DNA of 64,000 nt from Vicugna vicugna (lineage: Eukaryota): the NCBI GenBank assembly GCA_013265495.1, contig MU058252.1, forward strand, positions 1,212,244 to 1,276,243, given 5' to 3'. The position numbers were made by a program, and so were the translations under genes. This document shows, one piece after another, positions 50,678 to 63,300 of this stretch. Position 1 is the stretch's first letter. Every line of letters starts with the position of its first letter. The notes under the pieces were generated by a model. It searched no databases. It saw only the letters and a list, made by a program, of their open reading frames with translations, and was not told where the DNA came from.

Positions 50678-50816
50678 CTGATTTTGGCTTCTACACCGAC
50701 AGAGACCAGGGAGCTTGAAGATTCCTCAGACACGGAGCGCTGAAGGGCCGGGACTGGCTGCTTGCTGTTGTCCACTTCTGCTTCAGCATCCTCTTCTGCT
50801 GACTGTTCTTTGATTT
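50678..50816 (-). CDS. KMT2C: KMT2C coding exon (human exon 3), 139 bp, phase 1 to 2
   Basis: Minus strand reads aagcag|AAATC...ATCAG|gtgaga and translates (E)IKEQSAEEDAEAEVDNSKQPVPALQRSVSEESSSSLVSVGVEAKI(S). Recognised as the KMT2C N-terminal region. Frame-compatible with the next exon. Confidence 0.95.
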
Positions 50817-50850
50817 CTGCTTAATAGTAAACAAGAGAATACAAAAAGTC

Positions 50851-50852
<2 letters not shown>

Positions 50853-50882
<30 letters not shown>
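50853..50882. repeat. (TG)15 microsatellite, (CA)15 on the transcript strand
   Basis: Read directly; ends 36 nt upstream of the exon 3 start. Confidence 0.95.
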
Positions 50883-50884
<2 letters not shown>

Positions 50885-51189
50885 TCTGCATTTGGCAATC
50901 TTTAGTGAATTCGTCTATAAAGCATACACTGTAAAGGAAAAAGAATGTAACAATAAATGACAATATCTAAGTAGCACAGGAAAAATTTACATATATAATT
51001 AATGGCACTGTTTACATTTATTCTCTATTATAAAATGATAACCAAAATAATGGAAAACATGGCATATTTCTCCAAATCACAATTGACTCAGAGAAGTTTC
51101 ATTCTTTTGGTGATTACAGCAGTTCATCTACAGAACCAATGTATTTCAGTGTGACTCATAAAAAAGATTCCTCATAATCCATATAGTGA

Positions 51190-52290
51190 AATTATCGTTA
51201 ATTTAAAACAAGCATTGCAGCCTCTAATTATCATCCATTCTAAAAGCTAAATGACTGAAAAGAACACACCTTGACTCCCACCGTCCTTTTCCATCATCCT
51301 CAAGACTCCAACTCCAAACAATCCACACACACTTTCTTAGTAGGCAACCGGACCGCCGAGAGGGTTTTCAAACACCATCACCCCGAACGTCATTCCTCCC
51401 TTTAAATAAAATGAGACACCCACTCCGTCTCTCACACTACACTGTTAGATGTTAATGTCACTGTCTCTCCACTGGTGCTCCTGATGCAATCCCACACTCT
51501 TGGCTCGATCTTTCGTTTCTAACTCGAAGTGCACTTAGACCTTTTGCACCACTACGCCCAAACCAAACAGACAAAGCCTTACAGTCCTTTGAGCTCCTCC
51601 TGTCTTTCCCTCCTTTCACCACCAAACTTCGTGCAGTGGGACCTAGAGTGGGTGCTCTCTACCACCTCCTCCCTCAACTAACCCTCCTGAAAGGCATCGT
51701 CCTCCCTCCACACCACTGTCCACTCCACCGCCACTGGTGGTGACAGGGCCACGCAGAAGCCTTCAAACATTCTGGGAAGTCATCTGGCACCAAGGAGTAC
51801 TCCCTCCTTAGTGAAACACTCTTCCATCTTTTAAATGCAGGGAGATGTAACGGATTACGATGGGCACTGGACTCATAAAGACTTGGTCTCGAGTATCAAT
51901 TCCACCAACTACCAGCTACACAACTTCATGGACAAGTCATCTCTCTCAGCCTCAACTTACTCCCCTGTGAAGTCAGAAAACTACCTACACCTCACGAGGT
52001 TGTTAACAAAGACTCAACGGTCTAGTACCTGTCTCTTCAGCTGGTTTCTCTGAGTGCAGCTCGTCTCCGAAGGATCAGGTTTCAACAGTCTCCTTGGGAC
52101 TTACTGATTTTTAGTTCACTCAACTTCTCTAGCCCTAACTCCTCTCATGAACTCCAGATCGAATTTGAGTTACATACCAGACATATCTAGTGGCCTGCAT
52201 ACCCACTTCACACCAAATCTGATCTCTGATCTCTCAGATCAGCACTTCAGTCTGACTTCCCTATTTCTGGAACTATCAAAGTCTTCTAGA
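51190..52290 (+). mobile_element. L2 remnant with a nested MIR (about 51840-52010)
   Basis: C-rich L2-like sequence, ctctcatgaactccagatc. MIR core ggacaagtcatctctctcagcctcaac. Confidence 0.55.
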
Positions 52291-52839
52291 TTGAAATTGA
52301 ATTTTAGGGAAGTGCTCTGATGAATAATTCTAAGAACTACTAATTTTTTAGTTAGAAAAGAACAACAAATAACTAAATCCTATGAAATCAAAAAATTAAT
52401 GATGAAATGTGGCATCAAATAATTTTGGTTTTCTTATTAAAAATAATGTTTCTTTTAAAAATCAAAATAGAAGAGTTGACCATAAATCAAGTGCTTGTGG
52501 AGCCTATCAATCCTGGCTTATGTCCTGTCTACTCCTAGGCACAAAACTGATAAAGAGCACCCAGAACCAAACCCACAAATATAAAATACATGTGCATCAA
52601 AGAAGGATTATGAAAAGATCTGCAAATTTTACTAGAATATTAAATTTCTATATGACGAAGGAGCCACAAATGAAATTTTAAAACATGTCACAGATTGAAA
52701 GAAAACGCATGCAATTTGTATCCCCAAAAAGGTATTCAAATTCAGAATGTGTGAAGAACTCCACAGATGAACAAGGCACATACCCATGTGGGAAATGGAC
52801 AAAGGACAAAACCCACACTCCTTCTCTTATGTTACTCAA

Positions 52840-53250
52840 GTCTGAATAGGCACACAACTGCTCAGCTACAGACTTTATTTGCTTTTTTTTGCAGCTAAGC
52901 ATGGCAGGTTCTCACCAACAGAATATGACCAGAAGTAACCATGTAGTTTCTACTACCTAAAAGAAAGAGATTTGCTCTGGACTGAATTATGCTCCCTTTT
53001 TCTCACAGACTGGCCCACAGACATGTCAGCCACCAGTTGCAATGCTGCTGACGGCAACACCACTCAGGGGAGAGAGGGCAGACAGCAAGATGGAAGGAAC
53101 CTGGGCCCATGAACAACCACAGAGCAACCCCATCAGCCTGGACCTCTCATTCTCAAGAATATTACATGAGAGAAAGATGAATTTGTTGTATGTAAGCCAC
53201 TGCTGTAGCTGAGGGTCTGTTACAGCAGTTTAATCTATTGCTCTAATCAT
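52840..53250 (+). mobile_element. MLT1-type MaLR LTR, possibly followed by internal sequence
   Basis: caagatggaaggaacctgggccc, ttacatgagagaaa, taagccactg...tctgttacagcag. Confidence 0.6.
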
Positions 53251-55359
53251 ACAGAAACTGCCATCAGCTGTGGAGAACTCTGCAACAAAAACAATACACA
53301 CAGGTGGGCTGCTGAGACACACAGACACAGGTGAGGACGACAGCGACTGTCGTGTTTGGAAATCAACTGAACCTTCCGTGTTGTATTGAAATATCTGGGA
53401 GAACTGTGACCTGCAACAGCTCAAGAAGCAGACTGGGTGCCCGCAGAGCCTGTGGCTGAAGGGAAAGCGCCTGCAGAGAGCCAGGAAGGAGCCCGTGCTG
53501 CGGGCCGCCTAGAGCTTTCACAGCCCGAGACAGACAGGATCACAGCACTGGCTTGAGAAGAGTCTGCTGGTGACAGAGTTACACAGAAACACCTTTAAAG
53601 AAGCAATTCATTTCTACCCACAGATGCCCAGGGCAGACGTGAGACACGCTTTTTTTGTACTATTTCTATTACGAGGTAACAAGAAAGGGTACGAGTCAAG
53701 AGAAGAGAACTGTAAAGGGAGAAAAAGATGGGGGCCTCAGCAGCTCACAGACAACGAGCCAAACGGACGAGGGTCCTGCAGTGGCAGAGTCCCCTGTAGG
53801 AGCTGGCTCCGTCCACCCTCCACCCCCAAATCACAGCTCCCCCAGGGCATCTGGCCTGTCTGCCTCTCCTCTTATGCTGCCATCTAGCACCATGGCCTCA
53901 AGTCAAAATTTTTCTTCTGGCAAACTGAGGCAAAACCTCAGGTATTCCCTTATTTTTGTCCCCCAGAAAAAGAAAATATGAAACACTTCCAACATTTGGG
54001 GGGGGTTGTTTATTGCTTATAACTAAGGGAAAGCAAGTGAGCGGACTGCCCGTCTCTCTCTAAATTAGACCGAGAAGGAAACGGGGAGGCTAAACATGAA
54101 TGTTACTGGTAGGCTAGCAGGTCTGCAGGTACACAAACTTTTGAAATTTCAGAGGGGAAAAAAAAACAGATGCAAACAAAGATGTTTGTTTGTTTTTACA
54201 GAAATGGGACCAGGAGCAGGCCTGGCCCACAAGGAGGACAACAGTAAAGCAGCTTTCAGAGTTCACTGTCGCTTCTTTCCTCCTGCAGCTGTTATCGCTG
54301 CTGGCTCTGCCCAGGGACCCACTCTGGAGCTGCCAAAGACACAGGAGGGGCTGGCAGGTTCTGGTTTTATTTCTGGTTTGGATTTTGTTTTTCAATCATT
54401 TGCTTTTTAAGAAGTAAGGAAGAGTCTTATGACTGCTTCCTGGGGAGCAGATCCAGCCACAGAATAGAAACAGAGAAAGGTATCCCTCAATACGTGAAAC
54501 TACACAGTAACAACCTATCCTTTTAAACTATCACTCCTCATTCAGTAGAGCAAGTTAGATCTCACTATCTGTCCAAGTCAAGGCGGGACAATTAAACTAG
54601 TGTTTATGTCTCTCTCTTCTCTTAGCCTGAGGCTTTAGAAGGCTGTCGGAGTTTGGCAGCAGGACGTAAAACAGACTTCTCTGGTTGAAAATGATATCCA
54701 AATATCCAACAAGAGATTTCATCCAGAGGTGCTCTAGATGAAATGACCACAAACGCAGAGACAACTGAGGGAACAGATCTGATGCCAGTACTCGGTTATC
54801 TGCACCTTGCACAGTTTCTACCTTTCGTGGGGTTCTACTTGTTCAAATGCTTACAGTCCAGATCTGTACAAATTAGAACAAGCAGATATCTTTTTTTAAT
54901 CACTAAAAAAACTTAAGTGTTATCTTTTTCTTTGATATAAAATCTCCAGTGTATCTTTCTCCTTACTTTGAACCTGATCTAAAATACTGGCAATGCCAGT
55001 TGGTCACAAGATACTCTAAAGCCAGAAGGGTGGAGTCCTCTCCAATCCTGTGGGTGATGAGACAGGGGTGATTTTATTTGTAGCACCTGTTTGTGTTTAA
55101 TCTCAAACCACCAGGTGTCACATGTGGGTGGCAACTACACTAAAGAGCCTACTTGTGTGGAAGGAACTTCCTGAGAGAACGTGGATAGCCTGTGCACTTC
55201 CTGCAACAGCATCGCCTATGTGCTGGGAAATCTTGGTGGTAAATTACCCCTAACTGCCCTTATACAATGCTATTCCACCTCTCATGACTCTTACTTTAGA
55301 ATTCTAAGTAGTTGGTTCTATGACATGAAAAAGTTTAAAATTAATAGCAAAGGCTATTT

Positions 55360-55529
55360 TGCTGTGTTAGTTAAAATCAAAGGCTTGGAATTAAATGGTC
55401 CAGAATTTGCATCATGGCTCACTCATTTGCTAGCATCGTGACTTTGGCAACTTGCTTAACCTCATCTCCATTTCAGTTTTCTAATCATTTAAAAGATAGC
55501 TAATGCCACCTACTATAAAACTGTCTTTA

Positions 55530-55585
<56 letters not shown>

Positions 55586-55640
55586 GCTGCACTGGGCACT
55601 TAGCCCAATGCCTTAAATATACAGGAAAAGTAGGTATGTG
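55360..55640 (+). mobile_element. MIR SINE containing a (TAA)n tract
   Basis: tgctagcatcgtgactttggcaacttgcttaacctc...tttcagttttctaatc. Confidence 0.55.
55531..55583. repeat. Perfect (TAA)17 microsatellite
   Basis: Read directly from the sequence. Confidence 0.95.
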
Positions 55641-56794
55641 GTAGCTGTTGATTACCTACATTCACACACTATACTCTAACTCCATGTTTACTTTTTACCT
55701 AGTTGGCTATCATCCACCAGATATGAATTTTTTTATGTCAGATGACACATTATTAAGTTGTATTGTGGGAAGTAAGAGAACTCGAGAGAACGTTTATTTA
55801 GCACCTCCTGGCTCTCTGCTACTGATTTAATAAATCATTACTTTAGGATGATTTTTTTACCAAACAAAATTTTAAGCAACTACTATGTAGCGTACATCCT
55901 AGTCCAATGGTAGACAGTATCAAACAGTCAGGATCCCTGTCCTCGGTGGATCCACAGCAGGTGGTGGTGACAGGACACAGTGACTGTCCTGATGGAGGCA
56001 CAAGGTACGATGGCAGTTAGGGAGGAGGTGGGAAGAATAGCTTAGACAGGCTTCAAAAAGGTATCAGAAGCCCAGCTAAACCTGAAAGGACAAGTGTAAG
56101 TGTGCCAAATAGTCCTCTCACGAAACTCTTCTCTTTTAAAAAAGAATACAATATGATATATTATCCTCTTTGATAAGGAAACTGAAGTCTGAAAGTTAAA
56201 CAGCAAGCTTGAGGTCACATAGCTAACAAGAGGCAAAGCTGGGATTCAGAATCAGACTCCTACGGCCCAGAAGCCCAGACCTGCTCCTTCCACTCCTACT
56301 CACGGCTGGCACGTCACCTGACCACAGCACGTAAGTTTAATGAGTAAATTAGTGCTAAAGAGAAATGTTACTATTTTACTTGGATGATGTTACTGAGGAA
56401 TCATTTGCTGAATATAAAGAATGAGATGAAAGCTGAAAATACAGTTCTTCTCTTTATTTCTTAAGCACTACTGAACAAGATTATGAAGTAGAGAGAACGT
56501 TTACCTCACAGCCAAGTCCATGGAAATAAAACATTTGACTTTGAACAATATGAAATTATCTCCCCTAAAGGTTAAATAATTATTTGAAAGGGCTGTATGT
56601 ATCATTTGTATACCTGTATATATGTATATCATAAAAACATATTCAGCAAACTCCATGCAAGCAAACAACATGAGACCATGATAGACTGTAAGATGTCAAA
56701 AATATTCTAGAATCCAAATATGGCCTCCTTACCAACACACACTACATTCCTTCAAAGCACCCTATCTTTTAATTAATTTTTAAATGTATTTAAT

Positions 56795-57210
56795 CAGAGG
56801 TTCTAGAACGCTGGAGGGAGAAATTACATCCTTGTTTTTACTAACCTTTGAGATTAAGAATTCTAAAAACCCATCTGATTATGAATATATGCACAAGCAG
56901 AGTGGTACAGCAATACTCCTATCTCTGTCACCAACAGAAAGCAGAGAATTTATCACATTCAGTTTGCAGATATCCCCAAAATACCATTTACCCTCATCAC
57001 TATTGCAAAATTACAGTAATTATACACTCGACTTTTTAATTGTAAATAAAAAAAGAACACATTACAAAATTACAAATTTGGCTTTTTACTATTGATAATA
57101 TTTCAATATAACTATTTTCCTTTGCAATATTATTTTATTTTATTCACTTTAAAACATTATTTGGAAAATAATCTGCCAAAGGGGTCAATGGCACAAAAAA
57201 GTGTCCTATT
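56795..57210. mobile_element. Charlie4a-like hAT transposon
   Basis: aaattacatccttgtttttactaacct..., tgtcaccaacagaaagcagag and ctgccaaaggggtcaatggcacaaaaaag match the recalled consensus. Confidence 0.65.
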
Positions 57211-57899
57211 TATAGGATACAGAATCCTATTGGAAGATATGTCCTATGAAAGCAGCCATTAATATCCTTTATACAAACCAAAGCCTATCACAAAACCTGG
57301 GTGATGTTCAATATTGATTTTAAAATTGGTTATTATTATACATTGTGCAATATGAAGCAAAAAGAGAAATCTTATTATACACATACATATGTAAATTACA
57401 AAGAAGCACAGAGGATAATAAACAGAATATTTTAAATGGGCTAGTATCTGGTAGCTACTTAGTAAACACCAACATCCATTTTCTACTAATTATCTAAACA
57501 ACATGTATGCTTCTATGTTTTAGTCAACTATTAAGTAGAATAAAAATCTTTTTCCTCTCTCTTCTTTTACCTCCACAGAATTGGCAATACTTTTCTTGCT
57601 TTCTTTATAGTACTAAGACTACAGAAGAAAACATATCTAAGAAATTGTGTAATCATATCCTTTCCTTCTTTTGGACCTGACCTCTGAACATGACAGAACA
57701 TGACCCACAGATTTTGTTTTCTTGGGATTTTAGTTATTTTACTTTTATTAACAAATCCTGGCTGACAGACTCTAATAAATGAATATCAAGTTTCACACAC
57801 TATTCAAGGAAACAAAAAAGAGGCTATACATTCTATTCAACTGCCAAAAAAATGTATGTAAACTAACCACATACTATGATGCAGAGAAAACTCCAAAAA

Positions 57900-59600
57900 A
57901 TATCTATTTCACTAATAGCAGACAAGGTAATCTGGAACAACCCTCCCACTGAAGACAAATAAGAAAGCTGAGTAAAATATTTTTTTAAAGTAAACAAATC
58001 TTAAAAGCATGAAAAATGAACACGGCAGTGAAGAATTACCAGACAAAACCCCAGGGTAGGAACATGAGGAAAGCGAGCGTGGTATTCAGGGCTGCCCTTC
58101 CCATGGGGGCATCAGCCTTTTGGGAAGAGGCAGCTAAGAGCATGCACGTTTGACTTTCGAAGACTCATGGATGGTCCTAGAAGTTTACAAACATTCAGGG
58201 ATGGGAGCTCAGGGATGGCAGGAATCCCAAAGGGCTGGCATTGAGAGTAAGAGTAAAGCAGAATTTAGCCCCTGCAAGGGCTGCTGCACAGCTTTGAGTC
58301 ACATGCTTGGAACAGAAAACAGAGCCGTAAAACTGAACTGCGGTGGTCCTAAAATACTAGTGCCCCTAGGTACCAGGAAAAAATCCAAGAAAAAATCATC
58401 TTGGGGTAGCGGGGGGTGGGGGGGTACACCATCAATTTATTTCCACAAATAAACGGTCAGATACCCCGTCCAGTACACAAGCATAGATCATCAGCTATGA
58501 GGAGACAATATGACATGAACAAGAGCAGAAACAACTGCAACAAAGCCACAGACTCCAGACACGGGAATAATCAAACACCAAACCAACTGTATTCACTGTT
58601 ATTAGTAAAGGTAATAAAATCCAAACATTAAAATTTTCAGGAGAGAACTGAAAACTACAACAAGGGGGAGAGTACAGCTCAGTGGTAGAGTGCACGCTTA
58701 GCATGCACCAGGTCCTGGGTTTTATCCCCAGTATCTCAGTCGAAACAAACCTAACCATCTCCCCCAAAACTAAAAACAAATATTAAAAAAAACTTAAAGA
58801 ATTAGATTAAATTTAAAAAACTACCAGTTGCAGATTCGAAAAAGAATAACAAAGAAACTTTTAAAACATAATAAATGGACTCAACTGACATGCTTAACAG
58901 GGGACAAAGTTAAAAGGGGATAAGCAAACTAGAAGATCTACATAGGATGATCTATCTAGAATAAAGGACAGAGGGACAAAAGGATAAAACATCAAAAGGA
59001 GAGGGTAAGTGGCAACAAACACAATGATACAGTCTAATGAACATTCAATTAGAAAAAAGAATGGTACAAAAGCAAGATTTCAATATATAACAGCTGAGAG
59101 TTTTCCAAAGCTGATGAATATGTCAAAAAATCTCAAAATCTAAAATATAAAACATGTACAAAACCAACACAATATAATACAATTATAAATGAATGACAAA
59201 AACAAGGAGAATAGCCAGAAATATAATTGGAAAATTTTAAAACTCTCTTTGAACGTCTCAGAGATCAAAGAGACCAAAGCTATAACTGAAAACCATTTAG
59301 CAAATAAAGATAATAAGAACAAGTAATATCCAAACCTGGGAAAAACACAAGACGTCATGTTAAAAGACACACCACCTTTAAGCACCGTTTGAGGGAGGCT
59401 TAGTAATTCATAAAAATTAATTAAACATTTACTCCATAAGTTGGAAAGGATATGTACAAAAATTTATGCAGCTAACATGACACAAATAAATTTAATACAA
59501 AGCAAAAATACAAAAAAATATTTTTATATATTACTAATGGACAATTGGAAGCCAGTTTCCATCCCCCCCAAATGTACCATTTACAATAGCTCCCCTTCTC
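57900..59600 (+). mobile_element. Old L1M 5'/ORF1 remnants
   Basis: A-rich + strand with L1 ORF1-like stretches (aaactagaagat, gctgagagttttccaaagctgatga). Confidence 0.55.
58664..58816 (+). mobile_element. tRNA-Ala-derived SINE (camelid vic-1 type) inserted in an old L1
   Basis: gggggagagtacagctcagtggtagagtgcacgcttagcatgcac..., A-rich tail, aaaactac on both flanks. Confidence 0.85.
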
Positions 59601-59735
59601 AGGGCTTTTGGTGAGAAGTTTTGCCCCCAGATCTGCTAAACTCATTCAGAGATAAAGAACGGTTAAATACCATGCCTAGACGTACAGGTAGATCACAATA
59701 GCCATTAAAACTGTCTCCAAATAGAAGTAAGATAC

Positions 59736-59870
59736 GGGGGTCGGGGGACACAGCTCAGTGGTAGAACACATGCTTAGCATGCACGAGGTCCTGGGTTCAA
59801 CCCCCAGCACCTCCACTAAAAAAACAATAATTATTATTATTGTTGTTGTTGTTGTTATTTTTAAGGCAGA
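59736..59870 (+). mobile_element. tRNA-Ala-derived SINE (camelid vic-1 type)
   Basis: cagctcagtggtagaacacatgcttagcatgcacgaggtcctgggttcaacccccagcacctcca; TSD agaagtaaga at 59723-59732 and 59871-59880. Confidence 0.9.
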
Positions 59871-60334
59871 AGAAGTAAGACAGACACTTCTGGGTGTGCA
59901 AAAATGCTACAGAAACAGACTTCTCTAGAATTTCTGAAGGCAGACAATTTCTGAAGAGGAGGTTGGGGTGGGTATTCACTGACAGAAGTGTTGAGGTGGT
60001 TCTTAGAAAAAGACTTGGGTAAGTGAGAGAATGGTCTATACAAAGTGAAAGCCAAGACACAAGCATGCAACCAGTTTGAGTATGTTCTTCCTTTGTGAGA
60101 AATGAGGTCCCCTGGGCAAGACTGGAGTCTAGTATAAATTAAGTGCACTAGATAAAACTGTTAATGGTGTAGTCTGAAAGTGTCACTTACCTTGTGTTAA
60201 TTAAAATACAGACGTAATGATTCAAGCAAATGTTCACCAACTCTCATAAGAGTTTGGAGATCTAATGTACCAGATGATGACTACAGTCAGTAATAGTGGA
60301 TTACTGGAAATTCACTAAGAGAACAGAACTCTGA

Positions 60335-63300
60335 TCAAAAGAAAGTAGGAGAAGCTATATTAATTTCAGACACAGCAGACTTCATAGCAAGTAAAGTTAT
60401 CAGGGATAAATAGGAATATTACATGATGATAAAAGGGTCAATTCTCTAACAACACATAGCAATCCTTAACATATATGCACCTAACAAAAGAATGTCAGAT
60501 GCATGAGGCAAAAACTGACTGAACTACAAGGACAAATATGTGCATTCACTATTATATATGGGGACATTAACTGCCATCTATCAGAAATAGACCCAGCAGA
60601 CAAAAAACCTCTAAGGACACAGCTGAACTCAACATCACTATTAATTAACTGGATGTAATGAATATCTTTAGACTACTTCATCCAACAGCAGCAGAACATA
60701 CATTCTTCTCCAGCTCACATGGAATGTTCATCAATAAGCCAAATAAGTTTGTTTCTGTGCCATTAGAAAAGAAGATCTAAAATCAATTAACTTAGCTTCT
60801 ATTTTAGAAAACTAGAAAAAGAAAAGCAAATTAAATCCAAAGTAAGCAGAAGAAAATAAACAATAAAAATTAGAGCAGAAATCATTGAAACTGCAAACAG
60901 GAAATCAACAGAAAAATCAAGAAAATCAAAAGCTGCTTTTTAAAAAAGATCAATAAAATCGATAAGCCTCTAGCAAGGTTAACTAAGAAAATAAGAGAGG
61001 ACACAAATTACTAATATCAGAAATTAAAGAGGAGCCAACACTACAGGTCCCATGGACAATAAAAGGATAATGAAGGAATACTACGAACAATTCTATGCTT
61101 ACAAATCTGATAATATAAATGAAATGGGCCAATTCTTTGAAAGACACAATCTGCTAACACTCACCACAATAAGAAACAATCTAAAGAGATCTATATCTAC
61201 TGAAATACTGAATCAATCATTAGTAACTTTTCAAAACAGAAAAGACCAGGTCCACATGGGTTCATTAGTGAATTCCACCAAATGCCTAAGGAAGACATTA
61301 TACTAATTATTTACAATCTCTTCTGGAGGAGAGAAGCAGAGGGAATAATACTTCCCAACTCATTCTATGAGGCCAGCGTTACCCTAATACCAAAAATAGA
61401 CAAAGACATCACTAGGAGGGAAAAAAAAACAGACAAATATCTCTCATGAACATAGATGCAAAAATCCTCAACAAAATATTAGCAAATTTAATCTAAAAAT
61501 GTATAAAAAGAATTATACACTGCTACCAAGTGGGATTTACCTCAGGTATGCAAGGCTAGTTCAACATTTGAAAATTAATGTAATCCATCACATCAACAGG
61601 CTGAAAATAAGAATCACATGATCATATCAGTAGATGCAAAAAAAAGTATTTGACAAAATCTAACATCCATTCATGATTTAAAAACAACAATAACAACTTC
61701 CAGTAAGCTAAGAATTGAGGAAGTTCCTCAACTTGATCAAGAACTACTACCAAAAACCTACAGCCAGCATCATATTTAATGGTGAGAGCCTAAAAGCCTT
61801 CCCATTAAGAACAGGAACAAACAAGGTAAGGATATCCCCCTCTCACGACTCGTTTTGAACATAATCTGGAAGTTCTAGCTATTGCAGTAAGACGAGAAAA
61901 AAGAAATACTGATGGGAAGGTAGAAATAAAAAAACTGTCTCTATCCAAAGATGTCATGACTATGAAGGAAATCTGAAAGAAATCAACCAAAAAACTCCTA
62001 GTCTGTACAGCAAGGTTGCATGATACAAAGTTAATATACAAAAGTGCATCAGTTTTCTATACATTAGCAAAGAACAAGTGGAATTTGGGGGGGAAATTCA
62101 CATTAGCAACTCCCCCCCCCAAAAAAAAATTTAGGTATAAATCTAACAAAATACGTACAAGATCTATATGATGAAGACTACAAAACTTGATGGAAAAAAA
62201 AAATCAAAGAAGAACTGAACAGTTATTCCATGTTCAAGAACTGGAAGACTCAATATTTATTACCAAGATGTCAGTTCTTCCCAATTTGATCTATAGAGTC
62301 TAGGCAATCCTAATCAAAATCCAGCTCATTATTTTGTGCATAGCAACAAACTGTTTCAAAAATTTATATGGAGAAGCAAAAGACCTGGAATAGCCAACGC
62401 AATATTGAAGGAGAAGACAAAGTTGGAGCACTGATACTGTTTAACCTCAAGACTTCCATGAAGCTACAGTAATCAAGATTTATATAGTATTTGCAAAAGA
62501 ACAGACAACAAGATCAATGGAACAGAACTGACAGTCTCAAAACAGACTCACATTAAATACAGTTGACTGATCTTTGAGAAAGGAGCAAAGGCAATAAAAT
62601 GGAGAAAGACAGTCTTGTCAACAAAGGTGCTGGAACAAGTGGACGTCAAAGTGCATGCACACACATGCACATATACACACAAAGAATCCAGACACAGACC
62701 TTATGCCTTCAAAATACTAACTCAAAATGGATCACAGAATGTGAAGTGTGAAACTATAAAACTCTTAAAGGATAAAGTAGGAGGAAATCGAAATGACCTT
62801 GGGTTTGGCAATGACTTAACTCTTAAAACTCAACAATATGAAAATAAACTGATTTTAAACTAAGCCAAAGACTTTAACAGACAAAATAGTGGAAGAAGAT
62901 GTACAGATAGCAAATAAGCATATGAAAAGATGCCTGACAACATATGTTATCAGGGAGTGTAAATTAAAACAATGAGATACTACTAAATGCCTATCAGAAT
63001 GGCCAAAATCTAGAACACTGACAACACCAAATGTTGGGGAGGCTGTGAAGCAACAGAAACTCTCATTCATTGCTGGTGGGGATGCAAAATGGCACAGCTA
63101 CTTTGGAAAATGGTTTTACAGTCTCTCACAAAACTAAACATTCTCTCACCATATGATCCAGCAATCTTGTTCCTTGGTATTTACCCAAAGGAGCTGAAAA
63201 CTTACGTCTACACAAAAATCTGCACACAAATGTTTATAGCAGCTTTATTCATAATTGCCAAGACTTGGAAGCAACCAAGATGCCCTTCAGTAGGTGAAGA

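Noticed and set aside
53230..54420. GC-richer block with several roughly 100-aa ORFs
   Set aside because: No recognisable protein or exon structure. It is probably MaLR internal or other decayed repeat sequence.
59743..59815. tRNA-Ala(AGC) gene
   Set aside because: Mismatches in the stems, an A-rich tail and a TSD mark it as a SINE. The same applies to the copies at 15858, 39842 and 58664.
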